64,000 nt of DNA, from assembly GCA_937915455.1 (NCBI GenBank), contig CALDNN010000196.1, positions 8,945 through 72,944 on the forward strand, read 5' to 3'. The notes below the pieces were generated by a model. That model was not told where the DNA came from, ran no database searches, and saw nothing but the letters and a program-made list of their open reading frames with translations. Made by a program: the position numbers and the translations under genes. Positions 1 to 8,851 of this stretch are shown in pieces (the first letter of the stretch is position 1; each line of letters begins with the position of its first letter). The DNA is from an uncultured Clostridia bacterium. GTDB taxonomy: Bacteria; Bacillota; Clostridia; Christensenellales; CAG-138.

Positions 1-13
1 AACCGATGCAGCG

Positions 14-1303
14 TCATTTCGGCGCTACCCCCAGCGGCAGCACAACCTTCAATGTGAACATACCGTCCTCCGCCTCGAAGGCGCAGTAGCCGGCGTACTT
101 TTCCACGATTAACTTGATGCTTTTGACGCCGAAACCATGCCCAGGCCGAGAGCTTTCCGGCAATCCGTCCCGCATGGCGACGGTTCCCTGATAAGGATTG
201 CTAATATAAATAAGTAACTTATCCTTGTGAGACTGGCAATTGACGCGTACCACCGGCTGCTCGTCGCCGGCTATTTGCGCGGCGGCGGAGATGGCGTTCT
301 CCAGGCCATTGGAGAGCAGGGCGCACAGCTCGGTATCCGAAAGTACGAAGGCGGCGGGAATGTTGACCTTGGCGCTCAGCGTCACACCCTGCTGCGCCGC
401 TTTGGCGGCGAAGGAGGATAGGATCAGATTGACGGCATTATGTTTGCAGTATTGCACTGGCACGATCCTATCGATATCGGCTTGCGCTTGACGGATGTAT
501 TCACCAGCCTGGGAAAAGCTTCCGGCTTCAAGGTAGCCGCTCAAGAGCGATAGATGATGGCGCATATCGTGGCGGTAGACCGCTGTCTGCTGCTGCACCT
601 GCTGTAAAGCGAAGATCTCGTTTTTCGCACATTCCGATTGCGCTGCAAGCATGGCGTTATCTACTTCTAACTGATTGCGCCGCTGCACTTCCGCATGGTA
701 TACGGTCACAAACGCCACATAAAAGAGCGCCATGGCGGCGGGGAGGAATTCGCTGACCATCCGCACGCCTGTATATAAAGCGTCGGTATAAACGGTGGTA
801 GCATAGTCGAACAGGTAATAAAACAAAGGCAGACCGCCGAATATATAAAGCGACCGTTTGGAATAGGTCATTGCCCGGTAAGCGGGCATGGTGAAATAGC
901 GCTGCAAAAGGAAGTACAACGGAACAAGCGAGATCATATAGCCGGCCTGATACGCGAGCTCCGTACCGAATAAATAAAGCGTGAGCGTGCCGATCCAGCG
1001 TGGCAGCTGGCAACAGAAATATGCCGTCAAAATGCTTGCCAACGCCACGCCCCATGGCCTTTTGAATATCAATACCAGCATGAGGAAAAGCGGGAAGTGG
1101 GAGATTATCGGGTAGAGCTTCTTGGTATATTCAAGCCCCCAAAGGGTATAGCTTAGAATCTGTGCCACCAAAATGATAACACTTAGTGCCACCACCGTGT
1201 AGCGCTCCTTTTTTAAGGTGCAGCCGCCTGCAAAGCGAACTGTGAGTAAAGTGCCATACAGCAAAACGAATGCATAATTGAGCATGCCTAGAATGACCGC
1301 CAT
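14..1303 (-). CDS. Sensor histidine kinase, AgrC/LytS-like (multi-pass membrane N-terminus + GHKL ATPase)
   Basis: From ORF 14..1438. Start moved to the internal Met (MAVILGML) at 1303, giving a 1-nt TGATG stop/start overlap with the upstream response regulator. N-terminal ~200 aa are hydrophobic. H-box YRHDMRHHLS. C-terminal GHKL motifs LLSNGLENAI and GHGFGVKS. Confidence 0.85.
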   Translation of the reverse strand: MAVILGMLNYAFVLLYGTLLTVRFAGGCTLKKERYTVVALSVIILVAQILSYTLWGLEYTKKLYPIISHFPLFLMLVLIFKRPWGVALASILTAYFCCQLPRWIGTLTLYLFGTELAYQAGYMISLVPLYFLLQRYFTMPAYRAMTYSKRSLYIFGGLPLFYYLFDYATTVYTDALYTGVRMVSEFLPAAMALFYVAFVTVYHAEVQRRNQLEVDNAMLAAQSECAKNEIFALQQVQQQTAVYRHDMRHHLSLLSGYLEAGSFSQAGEYIRQAQADIDRIVPVQYCKHNAVNLILSSFAAKAAQQGVTLSAKVNIPAAFVLSDTELCALLSNGLENAISAAAQIAGDEQPVVRVNCQSHKDKLLIYISNPYQGTVAMRDGLPESSRPGHGFGVKSIKLIVEKYAGYCAFEAEDGMFTLKVVLPLGVAPK

Positions 1304-2025
1304 CACTCCACCCCCTTTTCTACAAAGAGCTGATCCATATATGCCTTGCGTACCTGCGCATAAAGCCGCCGGGAAACCGGCACTACGCTGTGCGTATAAG
1401 TCAGAATATCCGTGGGGCGCAGTTCCTGAACCTGCCAAAGGTTGACGATGAACGCCCGGTGTACACGAATAAATTCCGGCCTTTGCAAAAGAGCTTCCTC
1501 ATAATCCGAAAGTGGCGCAATCAATTCTCTTGTGCTGCCATCCGTCAGGTGGAAACGCAGGGTTTTGTTCATCACCTCCACATAGGCCAGGCGTGAAAAG
1601 AGGATGTTGGCCATGCCGTTGTGGAACTTGACCATCAGCCCCTCCTGCGGATTGCGGGCGGCGCGAAACAGCTTATCCAACATAGGGAAAAGATTATCCC
1701 GGGAAGCGGGCTTCAAAAGATAGGTAAATGCCCCTACCGCATAGCTTTCAACCGCGAATTCCGGCGAGGCGGTAAGAAATACGATCTTTACATTATCATC
1801 GAATTCACGTATTTCATGGGCCGCCTGCATGCCGTTTAGCATCGGCATCATCACATCCAAAAGGAGCAGGTCGAAGCCGCCCCGGCGTACATCCTCCAGC
1901 AGCGAAAGCCCATCCTCATAGGCTTTATAAGCTAAGCCCGCCCTGGTCTCCAGCCGATAGGCGTCTAATAGCCCCGTGAGCCGTCTCAATTCACGAGGGT
2001 CGTCGTCGCAGACTGCAATGCGCAT
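1303..2025 (-). CDS. LytTR-family response regulator (receiver + LytTR DNA-binding domain)
   Basis: From ORF 1303..2139. Likely start is MRIAVCDDD at 2025. Receiver motifs DLLLLDVMMP and KIVFLTA. C-terminal LytTR-like FIRVHRAFIVNL. Confidence 0.9.
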   Translation of the reverse strand: MRIAVCDDDPRELRRLTGLLDAYRLETRAGLAYKAYEDGLSLLEDVRRGGFDLLLLDVMMPMLNGMQAAHEIREFDDNVKIVFLTASPEFAVESYAVGAFTYLLKPASRDNLFPMLDKLFRAARNPQEGLMVKFHNGMANILFSRLAYVEVMNKTLRFHLTDGSTRELIAPLSDYEEALLQRPEFIRVHRAFIVNLWQVQELRPTDILTYTHSVVPVSRRLYAQVRKAYMDQLFVEKGVE

Positions 2026-2284
2026 TTGTACACGCCTCCATGATCTTACAAATATCCACCTTAATTTTACCATAGCCGCACATGCCGTTCCATCCCGCTT
2101 CGTACCGTTTACACCCAAAACCTGTACCGTTCGCGCCAAAGGCGGTTTTGGATGGAATTTTTTGTTACTATGACATACGGAATGTTGCTGACCATATTAT
2201 GCAAACTCCCCCCCGCGAAAAACCACAAAAACGCTTGTGGTTTTTATATGAACCGAATCAAAACAATATGGAGGAAATTGATTT

Positions 2285-2863
2285 ATGCGGATTAAAAAAT
2301 GGTTGATCTCCCTGCTGGCCCTGGCCCTGGCCTTTAGCTTTGTGGCCTGCGGCGGCGCGAAAGAACCCGCCGGTGCCCCTGCTGCTGCCCCCGCCGCAGC
2401 TCCCGCTGCGGAAGCTCCCGCTGCCGAAGCCCCTGCTGCCGAACCCGCTGCGGAGCCTGCCGAGGAACCAGCCGCCAAAGAAGAGCTTACCTATACCCTG
2501 GATTACGATTCCATTGCCGCCTGGGTGGATGGCGGCTACCTGGGCATGTCCGATGCGGGCGAGGCCATCCTGCTGGTATTCAACGCAGATATGACCATGG
2601 CCGGTATGGTGTTTGGCGACCCGGAGAGCGGCAGCGCGGTCAGCTTCTTTGGTGAAATGGTGGATAACGACGACGGCTCCGTTACCATCAACGATGAAAT
2701 CAACGGCCTTTCCATGACCTTTGGCGTGGAGCAGGTGAGCGACACTGTGATGGCACTGGATATGGGCGAAGAGCTGGGCGCGGCCCAAATCGAAGCCGCT
2801 CCCTTGGATACGCTGCTCGAGTCCCTTCAGGGCGCAATCGAGAATTTTAACCACGTTGCCTAA
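2285..2863 (+). CDS. Hypothetical lipoprotein with Pro/Ala/Glu-rich linker
   Basis: Signal peptide with lipobox MRIKKWLISLLALALAFSFVAC. Tandem AAEAP-type linker, then a ~130-aa acidic domain with no motif I recognise. Confidence 0.75.
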   Translation: MRIKKWLISLLALALAFSFVACGGAKEPAGAPAAAPAAAPAAEAPAAEAPAAEPAAEPAEEPAAKEELTYTLDYDSIAAWVDGGYLGMSDAGEAILLVFNADMTMAGMVFGDPESGSAVSFFGEMVDNDDGSVTINDEINGLSMTFGVEQVSDTVMALDMGEELGAAQIEAAPLDTLLESLQGAIENFNHVA

Positions 2864-2878
2864 AAGCTTCGACAAAAC

Positions 2879-2923
2879 AGGCCGCCCCGCCATGGCTTAT
2901 AGCCCGGCCCGGCGGCCTTTTTT
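2879..2923 (+). terminator. Rho-independent terminator after the lipoprotein gene
   Basis: AGGCCGCC ... GGCGGCCT stem followed by TTTTTT (2918..2923). Confidence 0.6.
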
Positions 2924-3035
2924 GACATTGCATCCAATAAATGCGATATGTGTAACCGAAATTTGTTTTTTCTTGTGTACAATAAAAGGGCGCTGGAGCG
3001 CCCTTCGTGTAGTTAGCTTCATTTAAAGGCAATAT

Positions 3036-3428
3036 TCAAACGTTCAGCCGTTCCTTGAGAGACAGTATGTTACTTTCAATCTGCCGTATAACCTTAATAA
3101 ATTCTTCATCGTTTTTCCCTGTGGGGTCATCCAGCCCCCAATCCTCCCTGTGACTAGAAGGGAGATAGGGGCACTCGACATTACAGCCCATCGTAACTAC
3201 AATATCAATGGGGGGAAGCTCTGAAAGTAGCTTCGAACGTTGAGTTTCTTCCATATTAATTCCGTAAAGTTGCTTCATCAGGCGAACCGCATCCTGATTG
3301 ATTTGCAGCTTGGTTTCTGTTCCCGCAGAATAGCTTTCAAAAGCATCACCGGCAAGGTGCTTGCCTAACGCCTCCGCAATCTGGCTACGGCAGGAGTTGT
3401 GAACACAGATGAATGCTACCTTTTTCAT
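3036..3428 (-). CDS. arsC: Arsenate reductase, LMW-PTPase / thioredoxin-coupled type
   Basis: From ORF 3036..3479. Start at MKKVAFICVHNSCRSQ, which carries the CX5R P-loop. Last gene of the ars operon. Confidence 0.9.
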   Translation of the reverse strand: MKKVAFICVHNSCRSQIAEALGKHLAGDAFESYSAGTETKLQINQDAVRLMKQLYGINMEETQRSKLLSELPPIDIVVTMGCNVECPYLPSSHREDWGLDDPTGKNDEEFIKVIRQIESNILSLKERLNV

Positions 3429-3438
3429 ATTGTTATCC

Positions 3439-5175
3439 TTATAGCGACAACAGGCGGTCGCCCATGATCTCCTCAGCACTCCACTTAATCAGCGCAAACT
3501 TACCGGCCGCATGTTTATCAATACGATTGAGCCACTCAACTTCGCCTGCTGCTTTTGCCGCCAGCATGGGGTTGGTTGTGTTCGTGCCGTAAAGGGACTG
3601 ATTGACAACCCACCATTTAGCAGCGATGCCCGCCCGTTTTAGATCATCCTCCAAACGCAGCGCCTCATAAACGGGAGTCGCTTCGGGCAGGGTCACAATA
3701 ATGACTTCGGTTTCTTTGGATTTCAGCCGGGGCAACAACCTCTTTACCGCTTCGGGAATTTCACCCTTGGTACGTTGGATTTCGTGGTTATAGCTTTGTG
3801 TGGATTCTAGTAAGAGAAGGGTGTGACCGGTGGGCGCGGTATCGATTACCACCACTTGATCATCCGCTTTTTCCACAACATCTGCAAACGCCCGGAATAC
3901 GGCGATCTCCTGGGTGCAGGGGGAGCGTAGATCTTCCTCCACATAGGCGATGTCCTCGTTGCTCATGCCGGATGCGCGGGCTTTCGATAGCACCTCGAAT
4001 TGATATTTTTCCAACTCCTCGGCCTCGTCGATATGGCTCATGGAAACACCGCTGCTCTCGTCCAGCACGAATTTTAGGTGTGCAGCAGGGTCGGTGGTGG
4101 TGAGATGGACTCTCTTTCCTCGATTCGCAAGTCCAAGCGCGATAGCGGCAGCCACGGTAGTCTTACCTACGCCGCCCTTGCCCATGGTGAAAATGACGCG
4201 CTTTCCCTCTGCGGCCAGTTCGTCTATCACATCGTTCAGCACGGGAATATGCGTAGCGTGCAGCGTTTGCGCATGGGCGGTCACGCGGTCGGCATGCAGC
4301 AGGGCGCGCACGTTTTCAAGACCTGTGACATTATAGGCTCGAAGTGGAACCATATAGCGAGGAAATGATCGCAGGCCCTCCGGCAGCGCGATAAAGGCTG
4401 CTTGCTGCTTTTCATACAGGCTAAGTGATAAGGCATCGCTGTGTTCCATGAGCATGCCGTTGATGACTAACGTTTGATTGTTTACGCCCAATGCGGAAAG
4501 CTCGTTGGAAGCCCGTTCCGCCTCCTTGAACGGTGCGATTTCGGGACGAGTAACGAGGATCAACGTGGTCAGGTTGCCGTCTGCCAGTGTTTCCACGGCC
4601 TGCTTGTAGATGGCTTTCTTGCTCTCCAAGCCTGAAAGCTGGCCCAAGCAAGACGCCCCATGTGTGCTTTCGCTTATGAAATTGCTCCACGCGGAGGGAA
4701 GTTGAAGCATCCGCAGGGTATGGCCTGTGGGCGCAGTATCAAAAATAATATGGTCGTATTCCTGCTGTATCTTATCGTCGGTAATGAAGCTGGAAAACTC
4801 ATTGAACGCCGCGATTTCGACTGTGCAGGAGCCGGAAAGCTGTTCCTCCATATTAGCGATCACGGACGCGGGTAATCTGCCACGGTAAGGCGCGATCACG
4901 CTTTCCCGGTACTCGGCGGCGGCTTGTATGGGGTCTAGGTTTGCTACCGTCAAATTCGGTACGCCTGGGATGGGTGTTCCTCTGTTGGTTAATTCCATCG
5001 AAAAAACATCCTGTAAATTGGAAGCGGGGTCGGTGCTGATAAGCAACACTTTTTTTCCGCTGTCCGCCAGCGTCACGGCTGTGGCGCAGGCGATGCTGGT
5101 TTTGCCAACGCCGCCTTTGCCGGTATAGAAAAGGTATTTTGTCAGGTTGATATTGTTGGGATCGAATACCTTCAT
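3439..5175 (-). CDS. arsA: Arsenite-stimulated ATPase ArsA (two fused halves)
   Basis: 578 aa. Two P-loops (GKGGVGKTS, GKGGVGKTT) and two DTAPTGHT signal-transduction motifs. Confidence 0.95.
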   Translation of the reverse strand: MKVFDPNNINLTKYLFYTGKGGVGKTSIACATAVTLADSGKKVLLISTDPASNLQDVFSMELTNRGTPIPGVPNLTVANLDPIQAAAEYRESVIAPYRGRLPASVIANMEEQLSGSCTVEIAAFNEFSSFITDDKIQQEYDHIIFDTAPTGHTLRMLQLPSAWSNFISESTHGASCLGQLSGLESKKAIYKQAVETLADGNLTTLILVTRPEIAPFKEAERASNELSALGVNNQTLVINGMLMEHSDALSLSLYEKQQAAFIALPEGLRSFPRYMVPLRAYNVTGLENVRALLHADRVTAHAQTLHATHIPVLNDVIDELAAEGKRVIFTMGKGGVGKTTVAAAIALGLANRGKRVHLTTTDPAAHLKFVLDESSGVSMSHIDEAEELEKYQFEVLSKARASGMSNEDIAYVEEDLRSPCTQEIAVFRAFADVVEKADDQVVVIDTAPTGHTLLLLESTQSYNHEIQRTKGEIPEAVKRLLPRLKSKETEVIIVTLPEATPVYEALRLEDDLKRAGIAAKWWVVNQSLYGTNTTNPMLAAKAAGEVEWLNRIDKHAAGKFALIKWSAEEIMGDRLLSL

Positions 5176-5176
5176 T

Positions 5177-5569
5177 TTAACAGCAGCCTCCCTTACAGCC
5201 GCAACCGCCTGTATTCTTCTTGAGCTTTACCGCTACGGGCTTAACCGGCCCTGCCAGCACACGATCGGGAAGGTCAAGCAGCTTGGTAAATTCCTCATTG
5301 GTGGGATATCGGCCCGTAATGACAATTTTGCCATCGACCATTACGGCGGGCAAGCCCTCCGGTCCCGTCTCGTTGATATAGGCATTGATTGTCTGGTCGG
5401 TAATGAATTCCATGGGCGCGCTGTTCAGGTTAAAGCGGTCAACAACTACACCGTGCTTTTTCAACGTGTCCAGCACAGTAGAGATACGCAGCAGTTCGGG
5501 ATCAACACCCACGCCACAGATCCCGGTGGAGCAGCACATGGCAGGCTCAAAAATCTTCATTTTCTTCAT
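5177..5569 (-). CDS. arsD: Arsenical metallochaperone / trans-acting repressor ArsD
   Basis: MKKMKIFEPAMCCSTGICG N-terminus with the Cys12/13/18-type motif. AAGGAG lies 9 nt upstream of the ATG at 5569. C-terminal Cys-rich tail GGCGCKGGCC. Confidence 0.9.
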   Translation of the reverse strand: MKKMKIFEPAMCCSTGICGVGVDPELLRISTVLDTLKKHGVVVDRFNLNSAPMEFITDQTINAYINETGPEGLPAVMVDGKIVITGRYPTNEEFTKLLDLPDRVLAGPVKPVAVKLKKNTGGCGCKGGCC

Positions 5570-5646
5570 AGCTAATAGCTCCTTCAAACAAAATTATTTT
5601 TTATCCGCCAAACTTAGGGGCGGAGTTTTCGGAAGAACAGCAGCAT

Positions 5647-5982
5647 TTACTCATTCCCACAAAATCCCTTACAGTTATTTGCGCTCTCTTGGCAAATACA
5701 ATTTTCCTTATCGGAGGTGATATCCTGGAAAAACCGTTTTGTTTTATCGATAGTCTCCGCGTCCAGCGTGTAGTAAATCCACTTGCCCTCTTCCCGGCCT
5801 TTAACAAGCCCGCATTCACACAAAGTTTTCATGTGGTGAGATAGCGTGGATTGGGACATTTGGAACTTCTCCAAAATGTTGCAGGCGCAAAGCTCCCCGC
5901 AGGAGAGCATATCCACGATCATGGCTCTCTTGGGATCGCCCAGCGCCTTAAACACTTTCGTATTCTCTAAGTAATAATCCAT
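5647..5982 (-). CDS. arsR: ArsR/SmtB-family metalloregulator
   Basis: 111 aa with a winged-HTH and the metal site ELCACNILE. First gene of the ars operon. Confidence 0.9.
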   Translation of the reverse strand: MDYYLENTKVFKALGDPKRAMIVDMLSCGELCACNILEKFQMSQSTLSHHMKTLCECGLVKGREEGKWIYYTLDAETIDKTKRFFQDITSDKENCICQESANNCKGFCGNE

Positions 5983-6017
5983 ATTGACACCTCAAATCTA
6001 AAGATATCGATGTGATT

Positions 6018-6046
6018 ATAATATGCAATAGATCGAAAAGTGTCAA
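6018..6046 (-). promoter_or_regulatory. Candidate sigma-A promoter of the ars operon
   Basis: On the minus strand: TTGACA (6046..6041), 17-nt spacer, TATTAT (6023..6018). About 35 nt upstream of the arsR start. Confidence 0.55.
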
Positions 6047-6178
6047 TATGAAATTGCAGATAATAGCACCGATATTCCTTACCCTATTCGCGACCCGCCA
6101 CTTAAAATATGCAGTGCCTGGGAACGACAGGCTTTACCATATAGTGCTTAACTTATTGTCCGAAATATCGTTTACTTC

Positions 6179-6430
6179 TCATTTCTGCCTAATGGCATTC
6201 ACAATAAGCAACAAGATAATAGCACCACCAGTGGCAACTAAGAGGCTCCAAAGATTGAAACCTGTAATTCCATGGCCTCCCAGCAGGTTCATTGCAAGGC
6301 CGCCAATAAATCCCCCGATGATTCCCACCAAGATATTTGATCCAGCTCCCATTTTCCTATTGTTTTTTGTAACCATGCTTGCAATCCAACCTGCCACGGC
6401 ACCAATAATAATCCAACCAATAATACCCAT
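6179..6430 (-). CDS. GlsB/YeaQ/YmgE-family (transglycosylase-associated) small membrane stress protein
   Basis: 83 aa, Gly-rich, with 3 hydrophobic helices. Starts MGIIGWIIIGAVAGWIASMV. Confidence 0.8.
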   Translation of the reverse strand: MGIIGWIIIGAVAGWIASMVTKNNRKMGAGSNILVGIIGGFIGGLAMNLLGGHGITGFNLWSLLVATGGAIILLLIVNAIRQK

Positions 6431-7057
6431 ACTTACCTCCTTTTCTGGGACTATTATTTGTCAAAATCAAGATAATATGCATCTTACTTTAGAAACTATT
6501 TGAGCGGCTACTATATTAAGGACAGCAAGTCCATACGGATTTCCTCTTATTCGCTGCTGCAAGATCGCTTCTATGAGCGCATGCGGGAAACCGGGCTTGC
6601 AGGCTTGCGTGAGGAGAGCGCGGCAAAACGGCGCAGCATTTTTCCGTCCTTTATTACAAAACTCAAAAGGTTACTTCGCTGATAGTAGCTGTTTCTGACT
6701 ACGGATTTGGGATTCCATCGATATTGACCGCGAATTACTCCACCGCTCCCATGTGTTGGCGGCCTGCGGGGATGCCGTGGACGAAAAACCATGAAAAGCG
6801 ATATCGCCGTTAAGGAAAACCGGCTTAATTTAACTATACCGTTTATAGTTACCGTGGTATACTATGGGCAATGTAAGGTCGGGAAGGGCGTGTGGCTATA
6901 AAAAACCCCTATGTTGCGACGCGGAAAAACGCATTACGCAATATAAAGTATACGATGAAAGCGGAAGTCAGTCAGAAACGCCGCTAAGTGCTGGCAGCGC
7001 GAACCAAGGCCAACCAAGCGGTCACGAAATATATCCGGCAGGATTCAAGCAACACCC

Positions 7058-7348
7058 ATGAGCGATTACTTTACCGATCGCGGAGATGTGCTTGAAAACA
7101 AGCCGGAGAGTCAACACCCGTAGCTCATGAAAGAAGCCGAAGCCGCTTTTGTCCCATTACGGCTGTGGAGCTATTGGCCCCCTTTAGACAAGTTCGATTT
7201 TGTCTCCCTATGCCACATCCATGAAAAGCTATTTTCCGGTATATATCCCATCGCCGGAAATGTGCGAACCGTGGATATGGCAAAGGGCGGTTCTGCTTTT
7301 GGTAAAAAATATATAAGCTTCTTCGGAAGCTGTTTGCGCTATGCTTGA
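7058..7348 (+). pseudogene. Fic/DOC-family (fido) gene remnant with in-frame stop, frameshift and no catalytic motif
   Basis: MSDYFTDRGDVLENKPESQHP then TAG at 7121..7123, then in frame ...FDFVSLCHIHEKLFSGIYPIAGNVRTVDMAKGGSAF. The reading frame degrades after 7300. The HPFxxGNGR motif is absent before trkA begins. Confidence 0.6.
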
Positions 7349-7456
7349 ACCTCAGAAGGCGGTTTATCGGATCACAGGGCTGCTTTACGGCAAAAAGAGT
7401 ATGGCGAAAAGCTTTTGTAAACTCGAAATTTTTCATATAGAAAGTGGAGACCTTTT

Positions 7457-8818
7457 ATGAACATCATTGTCGTGGGGGACGGCAAGGTGGGCCTTTCCAT
7501 CACCGCCCAGCTGTCCCGCGAGGGGCATAATCTCACAATCATCGACTCCAATCCCAATGTCCTGGAGACCAGCGTTGAGCAATACGACGTTATGATCCTG
7601 CATGGGAACGGCGCCTCCCTGCCTGTACTGAGAGAGGCGGGGGCCGAGAAAGCCGACCTGCTCATTGCTGTCACCAGTACGGACGAGGTCAATATGCTCA
7701 CCTGCATCCTGGCCCGTCGGCTGGGCACCCGCCACACCATTGCCCGCGTGCGCAATCCCGAATACGCCGAGCAGCTGCAGTTTCTCCGGGAGGAGCTGGG
7801 CCTTTCTATGACGGTGAACCCCGAGCTGGCCGCCGCCGCAGAGGCATACCACATTCTACAGTTCCCTTCCTTTCTCCGCCGGGAGACCTTTGCCAAGGGG
7901 CTGGTGGAGATCGTGGAGCTGCGCGTCGGCCCCGACTCGCGCCTCCGGGACATTCCTTTGAACCGAATGCAGCAGGCGATGTCGGTCAAGACACTGGTAT
8001 GCGCCGTGGAGCGGCAGGGCAAGGCCTTCATTCCGGGGGGCGACTTTGTGCTCCAAGAGGGAGATAAGATTCATGTGACCGCTGCGGCCGGCGATCTGGC
8101 CCGCCTAGTGAGCCTCCTGGGGCTGACGAATCAAAAGATCCACAGCTGTATGATCATCGGAGGGAGCCGCATTGCCTACTATCTGGCCGCCATGCTGCTC
8201 AAAAGCCATATCTCCGTCAAGATCATCGAGCAAAGCAGGGCCCGCTGTGAGGAGCTGTCCAACCTCCTTCCCAAGGCCGTCATCATCCACGGGGACGGCA
8301 ACCGCCAGCGTCTGCTGCTGGAAGAAGGGCTCCGGGAGACTGACGCCCTCGTCACCCTCACCGGTATGGACGAGCAGAACATCATTCTCTCCCTCTACGG
8401 CAGTCACGAAGGGGTGGGGAAGGTTATCACCAAAATCAGCCAGACTGAATATTACCCTGTCATTCAGGATATGGGGATCGAGTCGGTTATCAGTCCCAAG
8501 GCGCTTTCAGCCACCGAGGTGGTGCGGTATGTCCGGGCGATGGCCAACGCCACGGGAGGTTCGGTCGTCGCGATGACCGAGCTGGCCGACGGCCAGGTGG
8601 AGGCCCTGGAATTCCTGGCCACGCTCGATATCCTGTACCTGAACAGGCCGCTTTCCGAAACCCCCATCCGAAAAGATATCCTTATCGCCTGTATCATCCG
8701 CCATGGGAAAAACCTCATTCCCCAGGGGAACGACTCCCTCCAAGAGGGGGATGGCGTGATCGTAATTTCCCCCCGCGGGCTGGCCATCACCAACCTCGAC
8801 GATATTTTTGAGAAGTAA
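7457..8818 (+). CDS. trkA: Trk potassium uptake system, NAD-binding peripheral subunit
   Basis: 453 aa with two RCK/TrkA-N Rossmann repeats (MNIIVVGDGKVG, CMIIGGSRIA). Confidence 0.95.
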   Translation: MNIIVVGDGKVGLSITAQLSREGHNLTIIDSNPNVLETSVEQYDVMILHGNGASLPVLREAGAEKADLLIAVTSTDEVNMLTCILARRLGTRHTIARVRNPEYAEQLQFLREELGLSMTVNPELAAAAEAYHILQFPSFLRRETFAKGLVEIVELRVGPDSRLRDIPLNRMQQAMSVKTLVCAVERQGKAFIPGGDFVLQEGDKIHVTAAAGDLARLVSLLGLTNQKIHSCMIIGGSRIAYYLAAMLLKSHISVKIIEQSRARCEELSNLLPKAVIIHGDGNRQRLLLEEGLRETDALVTLTGMDEQNIILSLYGSHEGVGKVITKISQTEYYPVIQDMGIESVISPKALSATEVVRYVRAMANATGGSVVAMTELADGQVEALEFLATLDILYLNRPLSETPIRKDILIACIIRHGKNLIPQGNDSLQEGDGVIVISPRGLAITNLDDIFEK

Positions 8819-8851
8819 AGCGCACGGGTGCGCTGTGAGGGATTTTTAACC

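Noticed and set aside
2380-2470. Tandem 15-nt GC-rich repeats encoding AAEAP-type units, also present at 12470..12560 in the SBP gene. They were considered as minisatellites or contingency loci.
   Set aside because: They are in frame within lipoprotein linker regions immediately after lipoboxes. This is the usual Pro/Ala/Glu tether and not an independent repeat feature.
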